Below, piece by piece: positions 1-9,918 of a DNA stretch of 64,000 bases. The DNA lies in contig CAWGZY010000007.1 in NCBI GenBank assembly GCA_963827085.1, positions 115,039 to 179,038 on the forward strand, read 5' to 3'. The DNA comes from an uncultured Bacteroidota bacterium. GTDB lineage: Bacteria; Bacteroidota; Ignavibacteria; UBA10030; UBA8401. The translations under genes were made by a program, and so were the position numbers. Position 1 is the stretch's first letter, and each line of letters starts with the position of its first letter. The notes below the pieces were generated by a model. It searched no databases and had not been told where the DNA came from. It saw nothing but the letters and a program-made list of their open reading frames with translations.

Positions 1-1
1 T

Positions 2-271
2 TTATCGGTCAAGCTGCTGAAAGCGAAGCAACTGCCCGCTCGGATTAAAGGATTCGCCTATATTCTTATTTCCTTGATCGTTGTTCAACTTCTGCTCGGC
101 ATGTTTACCATCTTCTCGCAAAAAGCTGTAGACATTACGACTGCGCATGTTGCTACCGGAGCACTGATTTTGGTGATGTCTGTTTTATTGTTGTTGCATC
201 TCGCAAGAGTATACCAGGTACAGGTGAAAAAGTTCTCCTTCGTCTATTCTACTGAAAGAGCGATTGCATGA
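2..271 (+). CDS. ctaA: Heme A synthase (CtaA/COX15 family), C-terminal fragment; 5' end is outside the window
   Basis: Open frame runs in from the window edge and reads as a hydrophobic multi-TM C-terminus; its stop overlaps the ctaB start (ATGA); genomic context with ctaB/SCO1. Confidence 0.5.
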   Translation, partial: LSVKLLKAKQLPARIKGFAYILISLIVVQLLLGMFTIFSQKAVDITTAHVATGALILVMSVLLLLHLARVYQVQVKKFSFVYSTERAIA

Positions 272-1215
272 ACGCAGACGCCGAAGTCCTGCATCAAGCT
301 TTTCCGTACTCGAAATCTGCTTGGAGGATTGCTGCGGATTTTATAGAATTGATGAAGCCGGAATTGACTTCGCTTTCGGTTCTTACGGCTATCTGCTCGT
401 TTTATCTGGCACACCTCGGTTCGTGGGTCCCCGAGGATATTTGGCTGCTGGCAAACCTTGCCCTCGGAACAACCCTTGTCGGAGGGGGAGCGGGTGCGCT
501 GAATCAGTATCTGGAGCGAAATTACGATGCGAAAATGAAACGAACCGAAAAGCGGCCGTTGCCGGCGGGACGGCTCATGCCGGGCACGGTACTCGCGTTC
601 GGAATTTTCCTGTCGAGCACTGGCCTTCTGGAATTAACCTTCCTGGTGAATACTCTCACAGGCTTTCTTGGCGTCGTTACGTTAACAACGTATCTCTTTC
701 TGTACACGCCGTTGAAGCGCATTTCCCCCGTCGCCACGACAATCGGGGGGATTCCGGGAGCGCTGCCGCCGCTGATGGGATGGGTTGCTGCCCGAAATGA
801 AATTACATTCGGAGCAATGGTGCTCTTTGTGATTCTTTTTTTGTGGCAGATGCCTCACTTCTTTTCGCTTGCGTGGCTCTACAGAAAAGATTACACGCGC
901 GCCGGCTATCGGCTGCTGACTGTTGTTGATGAGGGGGGAGCGAGAACTTCGCGCCACGTTCTCGGCAACTGTGCCGCCCTTATTCCGCTGAGCCTGATCC
1001 CGTCGGTGATCGGCATGACTTCTACGCTCTATTTTATCGGTGCCCTGGCGGCAGGAATTGGTTTTCTCTTTTTCGGAATCATGTTTGCTTCTTCATTCGT
1101 CTCCGTTCAACAAGAAAATCTTATTCGTACGAATTTGTTCGCCCGCCGACTTTTTTTTGCCTCGTTGGTGTACCTCCCGGTTCTCTTCTTCCTTATGGTG
1201 ATCGATAAGGTGTAA
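268..1215 (+). CDS. ctaB: Protoheme IX farnesyltransferase (heme O synthase), UbiA prenyltransferase family
   Basis: 315 aa polytopic membrane protein; UbiA-family Asp-rich motifs (NQYLERNYD, DxxxD-like); lies in a cox assembly context. Confidence 0.85.
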   Translation: MNADAEVLHQAFPYSKSAWRIAADFIELMKPELTSLSVLTAICSFYLAHLGSWVPEDIWLLANLALGTTLVGGGAGALNQYLERNYDAKMKRTEKRPLPAGRLMPGTVLAFGIFLSSTGLLELTFLVNTLTGFLGVVTLTTYLFLYTPLKRISPVATTIGGIPGALPPLMGWVAARNEITFGAMVLFVILFLWQMPHFFSLAWLYRKDYTRAGYRLLTVVDEGGARTSRHVLGNCAALIPLSLIPSVIGMTSTLYFIGALAAGIGFLFFGIMFASSFVSVQQENLIRTNLFARRLFFASLVYLPVLFFLMVIDKV

Positions 1216-1342
1216 GTTGAATTTTCATTTGTGAACCAACGCGTCGTGGAATGCCGAGTGCGGCATAGCGCTCTTGGCTGTTATACATTGTGAACGCGGT
1301 TATCTTTTGCTATATTATATTAAATCTTCCTCTGATATTTCA

Positions 1343-2290
1343 ATGAATACTCCAATCATATCCATCTCAAACATTACGCATGAGTATCCGGGCCGCCGGG
1401 CGCTCGACAACGTTTCGTTGCAAGTCAGCAAGGGAGAAATCTTTGGCTTTCTCGGACCGAACGGGGGCGGCAAGACTACTATTTTCAAGATACTTTCAAC
1501 GACGATCGTGCCGACGAGTGGACGGGCTGAAGTCTGCGGCTTTGATGTCGTCTTGAGCTCTTCGGAAGTGAGGAAGCACATCGGCGTCGTCTTCCAATCG
1601 CCGAGTCTTGATATTAAGTTGACGGTAAAAGAGAATCTGAGATTTCAGGGACTATTGCAAGGTCTGCATGGTGCTGCTGCGGCAAAAAGAATCGACGATG
1701 TGCTGCGGCACCTTAAATTGGAAGACCGCAAAAACGACATCGTTGAAAAACTCTCCGGCGGTTTGCAGCGGCGCGTCGAAATCGGCAAAGGCTTGCTCCA
1801 TCGCCCAGACGTTTTAATTCTCGATGAACCGAGTACGGGGCTTGATCCCGGCGCCCGGCAGGATTTGTGGGCGTATTTACTTCAACTTCGCGCCGATACA
1901 GGCATCACTATTGTCATCACGTCCCATATCCTCGAGGAAGCTGAACACTGCGACCGGCTTGCGATTCTTGATAAGGGGACTCTGGTCGCCCTTGGAACGC
2001 CGGAGAAATTGAAACGCGAAGTTGGCGGAGAAGTAATTTCTATCGTAACAAAAGATCCAAAAGAGCTTCAAGGGTTGCTGAAGAAGAAGTTCAGACTTAA
2101 GTCCAGTGTGCTGGATGACACCATCCGTGTAGAAAAGTCGAAAGCTCATCAATTTGTCCCTAAGATCATCGAGGCGTTTCCCGGAAAAATCAGTGCTGTT
2201 TCCGTCGGTACACCAACACTTGAAGATGTTTTCATCCACAAGACTGGCCACCGGCTGCGAAACGAATCGTTAGACGAGGCCGGCGCATGA
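1343..2290 (+). CDS. ABC transporter ATP-binding protein (ABC-2 type exporter ATPase)
   Basis: Walker A GPNGGGKTT, ABC signature LSGGLQRR, Walker B ILDEPSTGLD; ATG at 1343 gives a typical MNTPIISISNITHEY N-terminus. Confidence 0.85.
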   Translation: MNTPIISISNITHEYPGRRALDNVSLQVSKGEIFGFLGPNGGGKTTIFKILSTTIVPTSGRAEVCGFDVVLSSSEVRKHIGVVFQSPSLDIKLTVKENLRFQGLLQGLHGAAAAKRIDDVLRHLKLEDRKNDIVEKLSGGLQRRVEIGKGLLHRPDVLILDEPSTGLDPGARQDLWAYLLQLRADTGITIVITSHILEEAEHCDRLAILDKGTLVALGTPEKLKREVGGEVISIVTKDPKELQGLLKKKFRLKSSVLDDTIRVEKSKAHQFVPKIIEAFPGKISAVSVGTPTLEDVFIHKTGHRLRNESLDEAGA

Positions 2291-3066
2291 AAATCATGAA
2301 CGAAATTGTTTTCCCGGCATATTCGTTATGGATGCGCGAACTTATCCGTTTTTTTCGACAGCGGACCAGGATGATCGGCGTTATCGGCTCACCAATCCTC
2401 TTTTGGTTTTTCATCGGCTCTGGCCTCGGTACATCGTTCAAGACAACATCCCCTCTCGGCGGAGCGAATTATCTCGAGTATTTCTACCCGGGGACACTGC
2501 TGTTGATCATGCTCTTCACTGCAATTTTCTCCACGATCTCGATCATCGAAGATAGAAATGAAGGTTTCCTTCAATCAGTCCTTGTCGCACCGGTTTCCAG
2601 CGCTAGCATTGTGCTGGGAAAAATTCTCGGCGGGACGACGCTCGCGGTAATTCAAGCAATTATTTTTCTTGCACTTGCCCCGTTGGTCGGGTTTTCATTT
2701 ACTCTTTTCCAGTTTGTTTCGCTGGTGGTATTATTGATCTTCGTCGGTTTCGGTTTAACCGGGCTCGGGTTCCTGATCGCCTGGCGGATGGAGTCGACCC
2801 AGGGATTTCATGCAATTATGAATTTATTTTTGATCCCGCTGTGGCTGCTGTCGGGGTCGCTCTTTCCGATGGAAGGCGCTCCGGCATGGCTGAGGTATGT
2901 CATGGCTGTCAACCCGTTGACATATTCGATCTCCGCAACACGCGTGATGTTATATCACCGCGTTCACAGTCAAGAGTCGGATTTTATATTGTCGGTTGTT
3001 GTCATTTTCGTGTTTTGCGCCGTTGTTTTTTTGGGATCGATGCTTTCCGTGAGGAAGAAATCATGA
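2287..3066 (+). CDS. ABC-2 family transporter permease
   Basis: 259 aa with 6 predicted TM helices; ATGA overlap with the upstream ATPase and with downstream SCO1. Confidence 0.8.
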   Translation: MKIMNEIVFPAYSLWMRELIRFFRQRTRMIGVIGSPILFWFFIGSGLGTSFKTTSPLGGANYLEYFYPGTLLLIMLFTAIFSTISIIEDRNEGFLQSVLVAPVSSASIVLGKILGGTTLAVIQAIIFLALAPLVGFSFTLFQFVSLVVLLIFVGFGLTGLGFLIAWRMESTQGFHAIMNLFLIPLWLLSGSLFPMEGAPAWLRYVMAVNPLTYSISATRVMLYHRVHSQESDFILSVVVIFVFCAVVFLGSMLSVRKKS

Positions 3067-3698
3067 AATTTAGGCCCGGCAGCTTTTCATTTCGGTCGGT
3101 TTTCCTTTGGGGCTTTTTGGGATTTGTCATCGCCGCAGTTGTTTTTTCGTTTCTCTACACTGAATTTAAAACTCCTGCGAAGAGCGCATTGCCGCGTCTA
3201 AGCATCGTTCCCGACCTGACCCTGACGGAGCGGAGCGGAGCGAAACTTCCGCTTTCCGATTTGAAAGGGAAGGCCTGGATTGCCGATTTCATCTTTACAA
3301 ATTGCGGAGGCAGTTGTCCCATTATGTCCAGCACAATGGCAAGCTTTCAAGAGCAGCTGAAGAATGTGAACAATGTTCTTCTTGTTTCATTCACTGTTGA
3401 TCCTGTGCGGGACACTCCCGAAGTTCTACGGGATTATGCCGCACTCTATAAAGCATCCCCATCGCGGTGGTTATTTCTTACGGCGGAAAAGGAAAAGATC
3501 AACTATTTGACGCGCGAAGGATTCCATCTTGCAGTTGCCGCAGACTCGGGCTCAGCCCTCGAACCGATTATCCATAGCACAATGTTCGTTCTTGTGGACA
3601 GGCAGGGAGTGATTCGCGGTTACTACGATTCGAGCGATGACAAGTCGCTCGAACGCATCGTTGCTGACGCCCGTATCCTGGCATCGGAAAAGAACTAA
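3063..3698 (+). CDS. SCO1/SenC family copper chaperone (thioredoxin-like, cytochrome oxidase CuA assembly)
   Basis: N-terminal TM anchor; CxxxC copper-binding motif FTNCGGSCP; downstream His; the ORF track's longer upstream extension is rejected in favour of the ATG at 3063, which overlaps the permease stop. Confidence 0.8.
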   Translation: MKFRPGSFSFRSVFLWGFLGFVIAAVVFSFLYTEFKTPAKSALPRLSIVPDLTLTERSGAKLPLSDLKGKAWIADFIFTNCGGSCPIMSSTMASFQEQLKNVNNVLLVSFTVDPVRDTPEVLRDYAALYKASPSRWLFLTAEKEKINYLTREGFHLAVAADSGSALEPIIHSTMFVLVDRQGVIRGYYDSSDDKSLERIVADARILASEKN

Positions 3699-3702
3699 AG
3701 TC

Positions 3703-4119
3703 ATGGATGATCTGACGATTTTTCCGACCATAAACGCCCTCCTTAATGGATTGACCGCCGTCCTTCTTCTCATCGGTTACGTTCTTATTCTTCGCAGAAA
3801 GCGCGCCCTCCACAAAAAAATAATGTTGTCAGCCTTCACGACTTCGATCGTATTTTTGACCTCGTACCTTTATTACCACGCGCATGTCGGCTCTGTTCCC
3901 TTCAAAGGAACCGGTTTTGTGCGTCCCGTCTATTTCACAATTCTCATTTCGCACACAATTCTTGCCGTGGTTATTGTTCCCATGGCAATCGTGACTCTCG
4001 TTCGGGGATTATCGTCTCGTTTCGACAAACACAGAAGACTTGCACGCTGGACATTGCCGGTCTGGTTGTATGTCTCAGTAACGGGCGTTGTTGTCTATAT
4101 GATGTTGTACCACCTTTAA
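3703..4119 (+). CDS. DUF420 family membrane protein (CtaM-like oxidase accessory protein)
   Basis: 138 aa, 4 TM helices; DUF420-like architecture and the conserved position after SCO1 in oxidase loci. Confidence 0.6.
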   Translation: MDDLTIFPTINALLNGLTAVLLLIGYVLILRRKRALHKKIMLSAFTTSIVFLTSYLYYHAHVGSVPFKGTGFVRPVYFTILISHTILAVVIVPMAIVTLVRGLSSRFDKHRRLARWTLPVWLYVSVTGVVVYMMLYHL

Positions 4120-4682
4120 CGGAAGATACGAGAGTGAAATACATTTCTTTTTCCCTCAAGCTTGCCGTGATTGTGAATTTGATGACGATGCTGCCGTTAA
4201 AGTGTACTTCACAGCTTGCCTTTTTTACAATTAGGTTTACCTGCAGCAGTCAAGTGTTGCATTTTTCTACACTTTGACCTAGTGCCGGATTTGTTAAGAG
4301 CATACTTTTCTTTTCCTCTTGACTTTTTTCCAAAGCGATGCTATTTTATTAATACTCCTTCCTTCAAATTTTGCCGATACCATTGATTTTCGTAACAGAT
4401 TATTCTCGAAAAAGAAGTGTGTAGTAGCGCCAATGCAGGAGCGGGAAGAGATGCTTTTCGCGCCCGAAGTTGTAGGGAACACAGGCGAAGAAAATGTTGT
4501 TGTAGAGAGAAGAGTTGATTGTATCATGCATTGGTCAAAAAAGAAAACGCAGCAATACAGTGAACGAATTGCATTTGTTTTATTCTTGATTGTTAATATG
4601 GAGAAATCCTCTTCAAAAACTTTTTGCGCCCTCCGCAATTCCTGATTCTTATTTCTTCATTCATTATTGTAAGGAGTATTCA

Positions 4683-5774
4683 ATGAAAAAATTTTTCTGT
4701 TTATTGTCATACGTTGCAATTGCTGTGTTCTTTCAGTCCGTGGCGTTTTCCCAAACACAGATTACTACCGGTGATCTGACGAATTACTTTGGTGCAGGAA
4801 AATCGTGGTTCCAATATCATTCTACGGATACTGTGACGATGAATGTGGGTTCGGCTTCTGGGACGGCCTCGCAAGCGTGGTCTGCTCCCGCTGTGACCTA
4901 TCAGGATACATCGCGACTGGATAATGTCCTCCCATCGTCAACTCCGTACGGCTCGGATTTCCCCGGGGCGATGTACGCTCAGGAAGAGAGTATTTCCGAA
5001 GGCCCTGTTACACTTCAGAATTATGCATTTTACACTCTCTCAAATGATTCTCTTCTCATTCTTGGATCTGTTGAGCATACGTCAGGGCTAGTTAGCGGCG
5101 TGGCAATTGACACGAGCATAATTAGTCATAAGGTCAAGCTTGCCTTCGTTTTTCCGTTACAGACGGGAAACCTCACCAGCGTCGGAGAAGATACAATCTA
5201 CTCCAATGGAAACGATGTTGAAGTGAACTCTGGGACGAATACGTACGACGCATTTGGCACGCTAACTCTTCCAAACGGCGCCTTCCCGGCACTTCGGGTA
5301 TCGGGCACGACTGCGACAAAATCCTATCTTAGCGGAACTCTGGTCAATACGAATACAAGTTATACAATTTCATGGTTAACAGAATCAGGAAACCAGTTAG
5401 GGGTGCAGGTCGACACGCCGTCATCCGGGACGGTGAAGGTACATTCAGTGTCTTTAATCGTCGTGGGTTCAACGCCTGCAACTCTCGTTAAAGCGGCACC
5501 TCGGCTGCCCAGCAGCTTTGCGCTCAGCCAGAATTATCCCAATCCATTCAATCCGTCCACGCAAATTCAGTTTTCTGTTCCACAGGCCGGCTTCGTTTCA
5601 TTGAAGGTGTACGACGTTCTTGGGAGAGAAGTGGCAACTCTAATAAATCGGGAACTGGCGCCGTCTTCCTATTCTATTACATGGAATGCTGCCAATGTCC
5701 CGAGTGGCGTGTATCTTTATAGACTTGACGCGGGGAATTATTCGGTCACGAAGAAGATGGTGTTGTTGAAGTAA
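4683..5774 (+). CDS. Secreted protein with type IX secretion system C-terminal sorting domain
   Basis: N-terminal signal peptide MKKFFCLLSYVAIAVFFQSVAFSQ; C-terminal approx. 80 aa Por/T9SS CTD (NYPNPFNPST...YLYRLDAGNY...KKMVLLK). Confidence 0.75.
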   Translation: MKKFFCLLSYVAIAVFFQSVAFSQTQITTGDLTNYFGAGKSWFQYHSTDTVTMNVGSASGTASQAWSAPAVTYQDTSRLDNVLPSSTPYGSDFPGAMYAQEESISEGPVTLQNYAFYTLSNDSLLILGSVEHTSGLVSGVAIDTSIISHKVKLAFVFPLQTGNLTSVGEDTIYSNGNDVEVNSGTNTYDAFGTLTLPNGAFPALRVSGTTATKSYLSGTLVNTNTSYTISWLTESGNQLGVQVDTPSSGTVKVHSVSLIVVGSTPATLVKAAPRLPSSFALSQNYPNPFNPSTQIQFSVPQAGFVSLKVYDVLGREVATLINRELAPSSYSITWNAANVPSGVYLYRLDAGNYSVTKKMVLLK

Positions 5775-5803
5775 GCAGGTTCTAATTTTGGAGTGAAAAA
5801 CGT

Positions 5804-5838
5804 GAGGCCGTTATTTTTAGAATGACGGCCTCTTTTTT
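5804..5838 (+). terminator. Rho-independent terminator, probably bidirectional, between convergent genes
   Basis: GAGGCCGT / ACGGCCTC 8-bp stem followed by T7; a weaker T-run is present on the opposite strand. Confidence 0.7.
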
Positions 5839-5840
5839 TG

Positions 5841-6668
5841 CTATAACTGCAATACTATTTTCGACACTAGCGCTGTGAAATTGTTCTTTACTTTGTTGGC
5901 GACTTCCGTTACTTCAGCATGAGCTAATTTTTCCGAGGTCAAGCCGGTCGCAAAATTTGTGATGCAAGAAATTCCCAGCACCTCCATCCCATAGCTTGCC
6001 GCGACAATCACTTCAGGAACAGTCGACATTCCTACCGCATCGGCACCCCAGGCTCGCATCATCCGAATTTCTGCGGAGGATTCGTACGACGGTCCCTTTG
6101 TCCAGCAATACACCCCTTCCTTAAACGGTATCTTGTTCTCCAATGAGATCGATTTTGCTTTGGCGAGCAATTCCCGGCTGAATTCGGGGCGGCACGTCCT
6201 TATTTCATCCGAAACGTTGCCGTTGAGAGGATTCTCGAATGACAAATTCATGTAATCCTTGATGAACATCAAGTCGCCCGGCTTGAATTGCCCGCTGACT
6301 CCGCCGGCGGCGTTAGTGACGATTATTTTTTTTATGCCAATTCCATGCGCCACGTGAATTGGGTAGGCAACAGTTGTAGCGTCATTGCTCTCATAAAAAT
6401 GAATCCTCCCCTGAAAAACCATCAGGTTGGATGATGACTGATTGGGTGATTTAATTTTTCCGAAGAGGAGCCTTCCGGCGTGTCCTTCAACCGAAGAGAC
6501 AGGATAATGCGGGATGTCTTTTGTGTCGATGGATGTTTTGTCTGCAAGCATCTCCCCGAAATCCCCGAGACCTGAACCAAGAATTACGCCAATTTTAGGA
6601 TGGATATCGATTTTGGACTTGATGTATTGAACCGAGGCTGCAATTCGGTCATCGTACTCTTTATTCAT
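5841..6668 (-). CDS. Purine nucleoside phosphorylase (PNP/MTAP family, PunA-like)
   Basis: GVILGSGLG phosphate-binding loop and a C-terminal STVPEV region; start set at the internal ATG (MNKEYDDRIAAS) because the 100-aa upstream extension has no homologous signal. Confidence 0.85.
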   Translation of the reverse strand: MNKEYDDRIAASVQYIKSKIDIHPKIGVILGSGLGDFGEMLADKTSIDTKDIPHYPVSSVEGHAGRLLFGKIKSPNQSSSNLMVFQGRIHFYESNDATTVAYPIHVAHGIGIKKIIVTNAAGGVSGQFKPGDLMFIKDYMNLSFENPLNGNVSDEIRTCRPEFSRELLAKAKSISLENKIPFKEGVYCWTKGPSYESSAEIRMMRAWGADAVGMSTVPEVIVAASYGMEVLGISCITNFATGLTSEKLAHAEVTEVANKVKNNFTALVSKIVLQL

Positions 6669-6744
6669 ACGGATAGGCGATTGTCGCAAGGGTTGGGGTG
6701 GAGGCTCATGCAGCAAACTCGTGTCGTTGCGGCAATACAGCGTC

Positions 6745-7317
6745 TCATTCTTTGGGCGGCTCAAAACAGTGGCGGCATCGAGCTTCATACACATCTTTGG
6801 CACCCACGACAACACGTTCGTGCGAGTCGGAAGTGCGTTGTGTGCGGTCGGCAGGATTTCCGCAAACGACACATATTGCAAGGGTTTTTGTAATGTACTC
6901 GGCGACTGCAAGAAGCTGGGGCATCGGTTCAAAGGGTTTGCCCCGATAGTCTTGGTCGAGTCCGGCAACGATCACCCGTTTTCCCGCGTTCGCGAGTTGT
7001 TCGCAGACATCGACAATGTTTGGAGTGAAGAATTGCCCTTCATCAATACCGACGACTTGCGCGTCGGTTGATTGCGCAAGGATTTCATCGCACGTATCAA
7101 CGACTGTAGAAACGAGCGACTGTTCGCTGTGCGAGACGATATGACTCGAGCTGTATCGATTATCGATTCGCGGCTTGAAAATCATCACCTTTTGGCGCGC
7201 GATTTGTGCACGCCGCATGCGCCGGATCAATTCTTCCGTTTTACCGCTGAACATGCATCCGGCAATGACTTCGATCCATCCCGTATTTTTCGGAGATGAT
7301 TGAGGTGTGTCTTCCAT
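6745..7317 (-). CDS. tdk: Thymidine kinase
   Basis: P-loop [11 protein letters not shown]; the IDEGQFF motif; a C-terminal zinc ribbon CVVCG; start at MEDTPQ. Confidence 0.85.
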   Translation of the reverse strand: MEDTPQSSPKNTGWIEVIAGCMFSGKTEELIRRMRRAQIARQKVMIFKPRIDNRYSSSHIVSHSEQSLVSTVVDTCDEILAQSTDAQVVGIDEGQFFTPNIVDVCEQLANAGKRVIVAGLDQDYRGKPFEPMPQLLAVAEYITKTLAICVVCGNPADRTQRTSDSHERVVVGAKDVYEARCRHCFEPPKE

Positions 7318-7509
7318 GAATGAGACAATGGTCTGGTGAAAGTGCCTCTGATCTGTGGGGAAAAATATAAAAAAATGAGGATGGAAAAGCAAGGAATGAA
7401 TCAGCGGTAGCGCATGCTGAAAAGTGATGCCGTGACTCCGGGCAGTTTGGACTTCACTATCACGAAATTGCTTCCCAGCTTAACTCCCTCCATCACCGGG
7501 GGGGGATCA

Positions 7510-8754
7510 TTATTGCAGTGTAATTTTTGTGATTTCGGGGGGGCAGTTGATCCGGAATGGGACGCCGACAGTTCCAATGCCGCGTGTGACGTACATTTGT
7601 GAGTTTCCGAATTCATACAATCCCCAAACATATTTTGAAAAGAGAGCAGCAGGGCACACGATCAAGTTTCCCACCTTCGCAAACACAATCTGCCCCCCGT
7701 GGGTATGTCCTGACAATGTCAGATCGATATTGCGGCTGGCAAATGTTTCAAGATAATACGGTTTGTGGCACAGCAGTATTCTCGGGTTTGAGTTCTGGAC
7801 GGATGAGAGCGCTCGCTCGAGGTACGGATCTGGCTTTCCGTTTATCGGGATATCGTCGACGCCGACTAGATTGATAAATGAATTCCCTTTCAGAATTTTT
7901 ACTGCATCGTTTCGGAGGAGCTTAATTCCGCAGCCGTCTACTTCTTTAGCGACGACGTCGACATCCGCATAGTAGTCATGATTGCCAAGGCAGCCATACA
8001 CACCGTACGGCGCCCGGAGGGAAGAGAACGCTTCGACGAACGGATACACCTCATCGGTCTGACTATTGACAAAATCTCCGGGGACAAAAATAATGTCAGT
8101 CTTGAGATTATTAAGGGCGGCTACGTAATCATCCATTTCCGGTTTTGTCATAAAAACGCTCGAATGGATATCGCTCATTAAACCGATGGTGAATCCCTTG
8201 AACTCATCCGGCAAATTCTGAATACGGACAATCCGTTCAATGATGTCATAATCGTTTCGATCGATGAGCCCCTTCGTTGCGCCAACGAAGGAATATGCAG
8301 AAAGAGCAACTGCTCCCGTCTTCAAAAAAGCCCGGCGGGAATCATCGAACCTCACAAAATTGGCTGTTGATTTCATTACAATAATTTTCTTATTGATTGG
8401 AGAGATTCTTTTGCCGATATGAAAGACAGCTTCGAACGGAAGCCGGAGTATCCTTATTATTGATAACACTATGAAAACGAAAAATGTTGCTGCCTCCCAG
8501 ACATAAATAGGATAAATGATGAAGTACATTATCCATCGTGGAAAATTACGGAAATACGGGTGAATGAATAAGAGCGGTAGGAAAAAAAAATTAAAAAATC
8601 CAAAGACCCATGGTAAAGCTCCTTTTATCCAGGAAGGGGATGAAGGGAAGCCTTTTACCAAGCGTACAGTCTGCTTGTAGAGAAACCATTGAGCGGCAAA
8701 AATCAGAATTGGAAACACTACTCTGAAGATAAAATAAAGAGGAGTACCGCTCAT
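7510..8754 (-). CDS. Membrane-anchored calcineurin-like metallophosphoesterase (YkuE-like)
   Basis: N-terminal approx. 125 aa with 4 TM helices, then the metallophosphoesterase motifs GLMSDIHS, GDFV, GNHDYY, GHTHGGQ. Confidence 0.75.
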   Translation of the reverse strand: MSGTPLYFIFRVVFPILIFAAQWFLYKQTVRLVKGFPSSPSWIKGALPWVFGFFNFFFLPLLFIHPYFRNFPRWIMYFIIYPIYVWEAATFFVFIVLSIIRILRLPFEAVFHIGKRISPINKKIIVMKSTANFVRFDDSRRAFLKTGAVALSAYSFVGATKGLIDRNDYDIIERIVRIQNLPDEFKGFTIGLMSDIHSSVFMTKPEMDDYVAALNNLKTDIIFVPGDFVNSQTDEVYPFVEAFSSLRAPYGVYGCLGNHDYYADVDVVAKEVDGCGIKLLRNDAVKILKGNSFINLVGVDDIPINGKPDPYLERALSSVQNSNPRILLCHKPYYLETFASRNIDLTLSGHTHGGQIVFAKVGNLIVCPAALFSKYVWGLYEFGNSQMYVTRGIGTVGVPFRINCPPEITKITLQ

Positions 8755-9124
8755 ATTTGACTGCTATGTTTCGGGGAATTGGCTCTTATCACTAGTTGAA
8801 ATATACTAAAAAATATATTAAAATCCTCTCCAAAATTGAGATTTGCCTAAACACGTAGAATCGGGAATCATGATACTTGTTCGGGAATGATATTAGGTCC
8901 GACTAGCCAACACTCGACATTAACATTGCAGGAAATGAGCGAAGCCGTTAATGATGCATCTGCATCCGACACGTCATTTATTTCGATATTGTTGATAAAT
9001 ATTACCGCGAAGGTGCAATGATGGGAGCGAAAATAATCCTTGATTTTCGGATTTGCTTTCGCTATTTTTAGCAAAGATTAAGTGCCCATACGTAGGGCTT
9101 TTTTATTTTGGAGGAATTAGACTC

Positions 9125-9466
9125 ATGTACACATTCTTTATTGCGATAGAGATCATCGTATGTATCATTCTCATTGGGGTAATCCTCATGCAAAACAGTA
9201 AGGGGGGCGGCCTTGCTGGGGCATTTGGTGGCGGCAATTTTGGAACAGTGTTTGGTGTTCGGAGGACAGCCGATTTTCTTACTCGCGCCACAACAATCTT
9301 AGCCACAACCTTTATTGTCCTTGCGCTTCTGATAAATCTATTTTTCTTGCCAGGCAAGAGTGCATCCTCAAAGGAAAGCGTAATTCAAAGCGGACAGACC
9401 TCGGTTCCCCCCGCGCAATTGCCTCCGCAAAGTCAGCCTGTGCCTTCAAATTCCTCTCCAAAATAG
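9125..9466 (+). CDS. secG: Preprotein translocase subunit SecG
   Basis: Two TM helices with the glycine-rich loop LMQNSKGGGLAGAFGGG; GGAGG RBS 8 nt upstream. Confidence 0.8.
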   Translation: MYTFFIAIEIIVCIILIGVILMQNSKGGGLAGAFGGGNFGTVFGVRRTADFLTRATTILATTFIVLALLINLFFLPGKSASSKESVIQSGQTSVPPAQLPPQSQPVPSNSSPK

Positions 9467-9481
9467 CAATTGGTGCGTTAC

Positions 9482-9554
9482 GCACCCATGGCTCAATTGG
9501 TAGAGCAACTGACTCTTAATCAGTGGGTTCCAGGTTCGAGTCCTGGTGGGTGCA
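9482..9554 (+). tRNA. tRNA-Lys (anticodon CTT)
   Basis: Manual cloverleaf: acceptor GCACCCA/TGGGTGC, D-arm GCTC-AATTGGTA-GAGC, anticodon stem ACTGA/TCAGT with loop CTCTTAA, T-arm CCAGG-TTCGAGT-CCTGG; CCA is not encoded. Confidence 0.85.
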
Positions 9555-9560
9555 CACCAG

Positions 9561-9600
9561 AAGCCTCAAATTGAAAGATTTGGGGCTTTTTCATTTTTCA
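9561..9600 (+). terminator. Rho-independent terminator after secG and tRNA-Lys
   Basis: AAGCCTCAAA / TTTGGGGCTT 10-bp stem (one G-U pair) followed by a T-rich tract. Confidence 0.6.
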
Positions 9601-9918
9601 CCCAATCGTTGTACTCTCCTAAAACAGCAGCTGCGAAGTCAGGTGTGCACACTTGAGGGAAGGCTCTTCTGAAAGGAGTAAAATTCTGTATCACACTAAG
9701 CGAAGTAGCAAGCATTGTCTAGGGTACACGGGATCACGGACGGTAAGTGCGCAATGGCTATAAACGGCTGAAAGCAGATTCTTCCTTGCGTGCTGCGGTT
9801 GTCTCGATAATTTCTTGAACTTCAACGTTCAGAAACGTGGTCGGCATTTACCGAAGATCCGAACCCGATCCCAATCCTTGTGGATTAGATTAACAGTTTC
9901 TATTTAAGGACTTTCATT

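Noticed and set aside
2841-3698. Longer 285-aa version of the SCO1 ORF starting at 2841
   Set aside because: The upstream 74 codons overlap the ABC-2 permease in another frame and have no SCO1 homology. The ATG at 3063 with an ATGA overlap is the coherent start.
5841-6968. 375-aa version of the PNP ORF
   Set aside because: The N-terminal 100 aa (P/S/T-rich) overlaps the tdk 3' region and has no PNP homology. The internal ATG gives a normal-length PNP.
9091-9113. GCCC-ATACGTA-GGGC plus T6 hairpin just upstream of the secG RBS
   Set aside because: The stem is only 4-5 bp and there is no upstream plus-strand gene to terminate. It is probably part of the secG 5' UTR.
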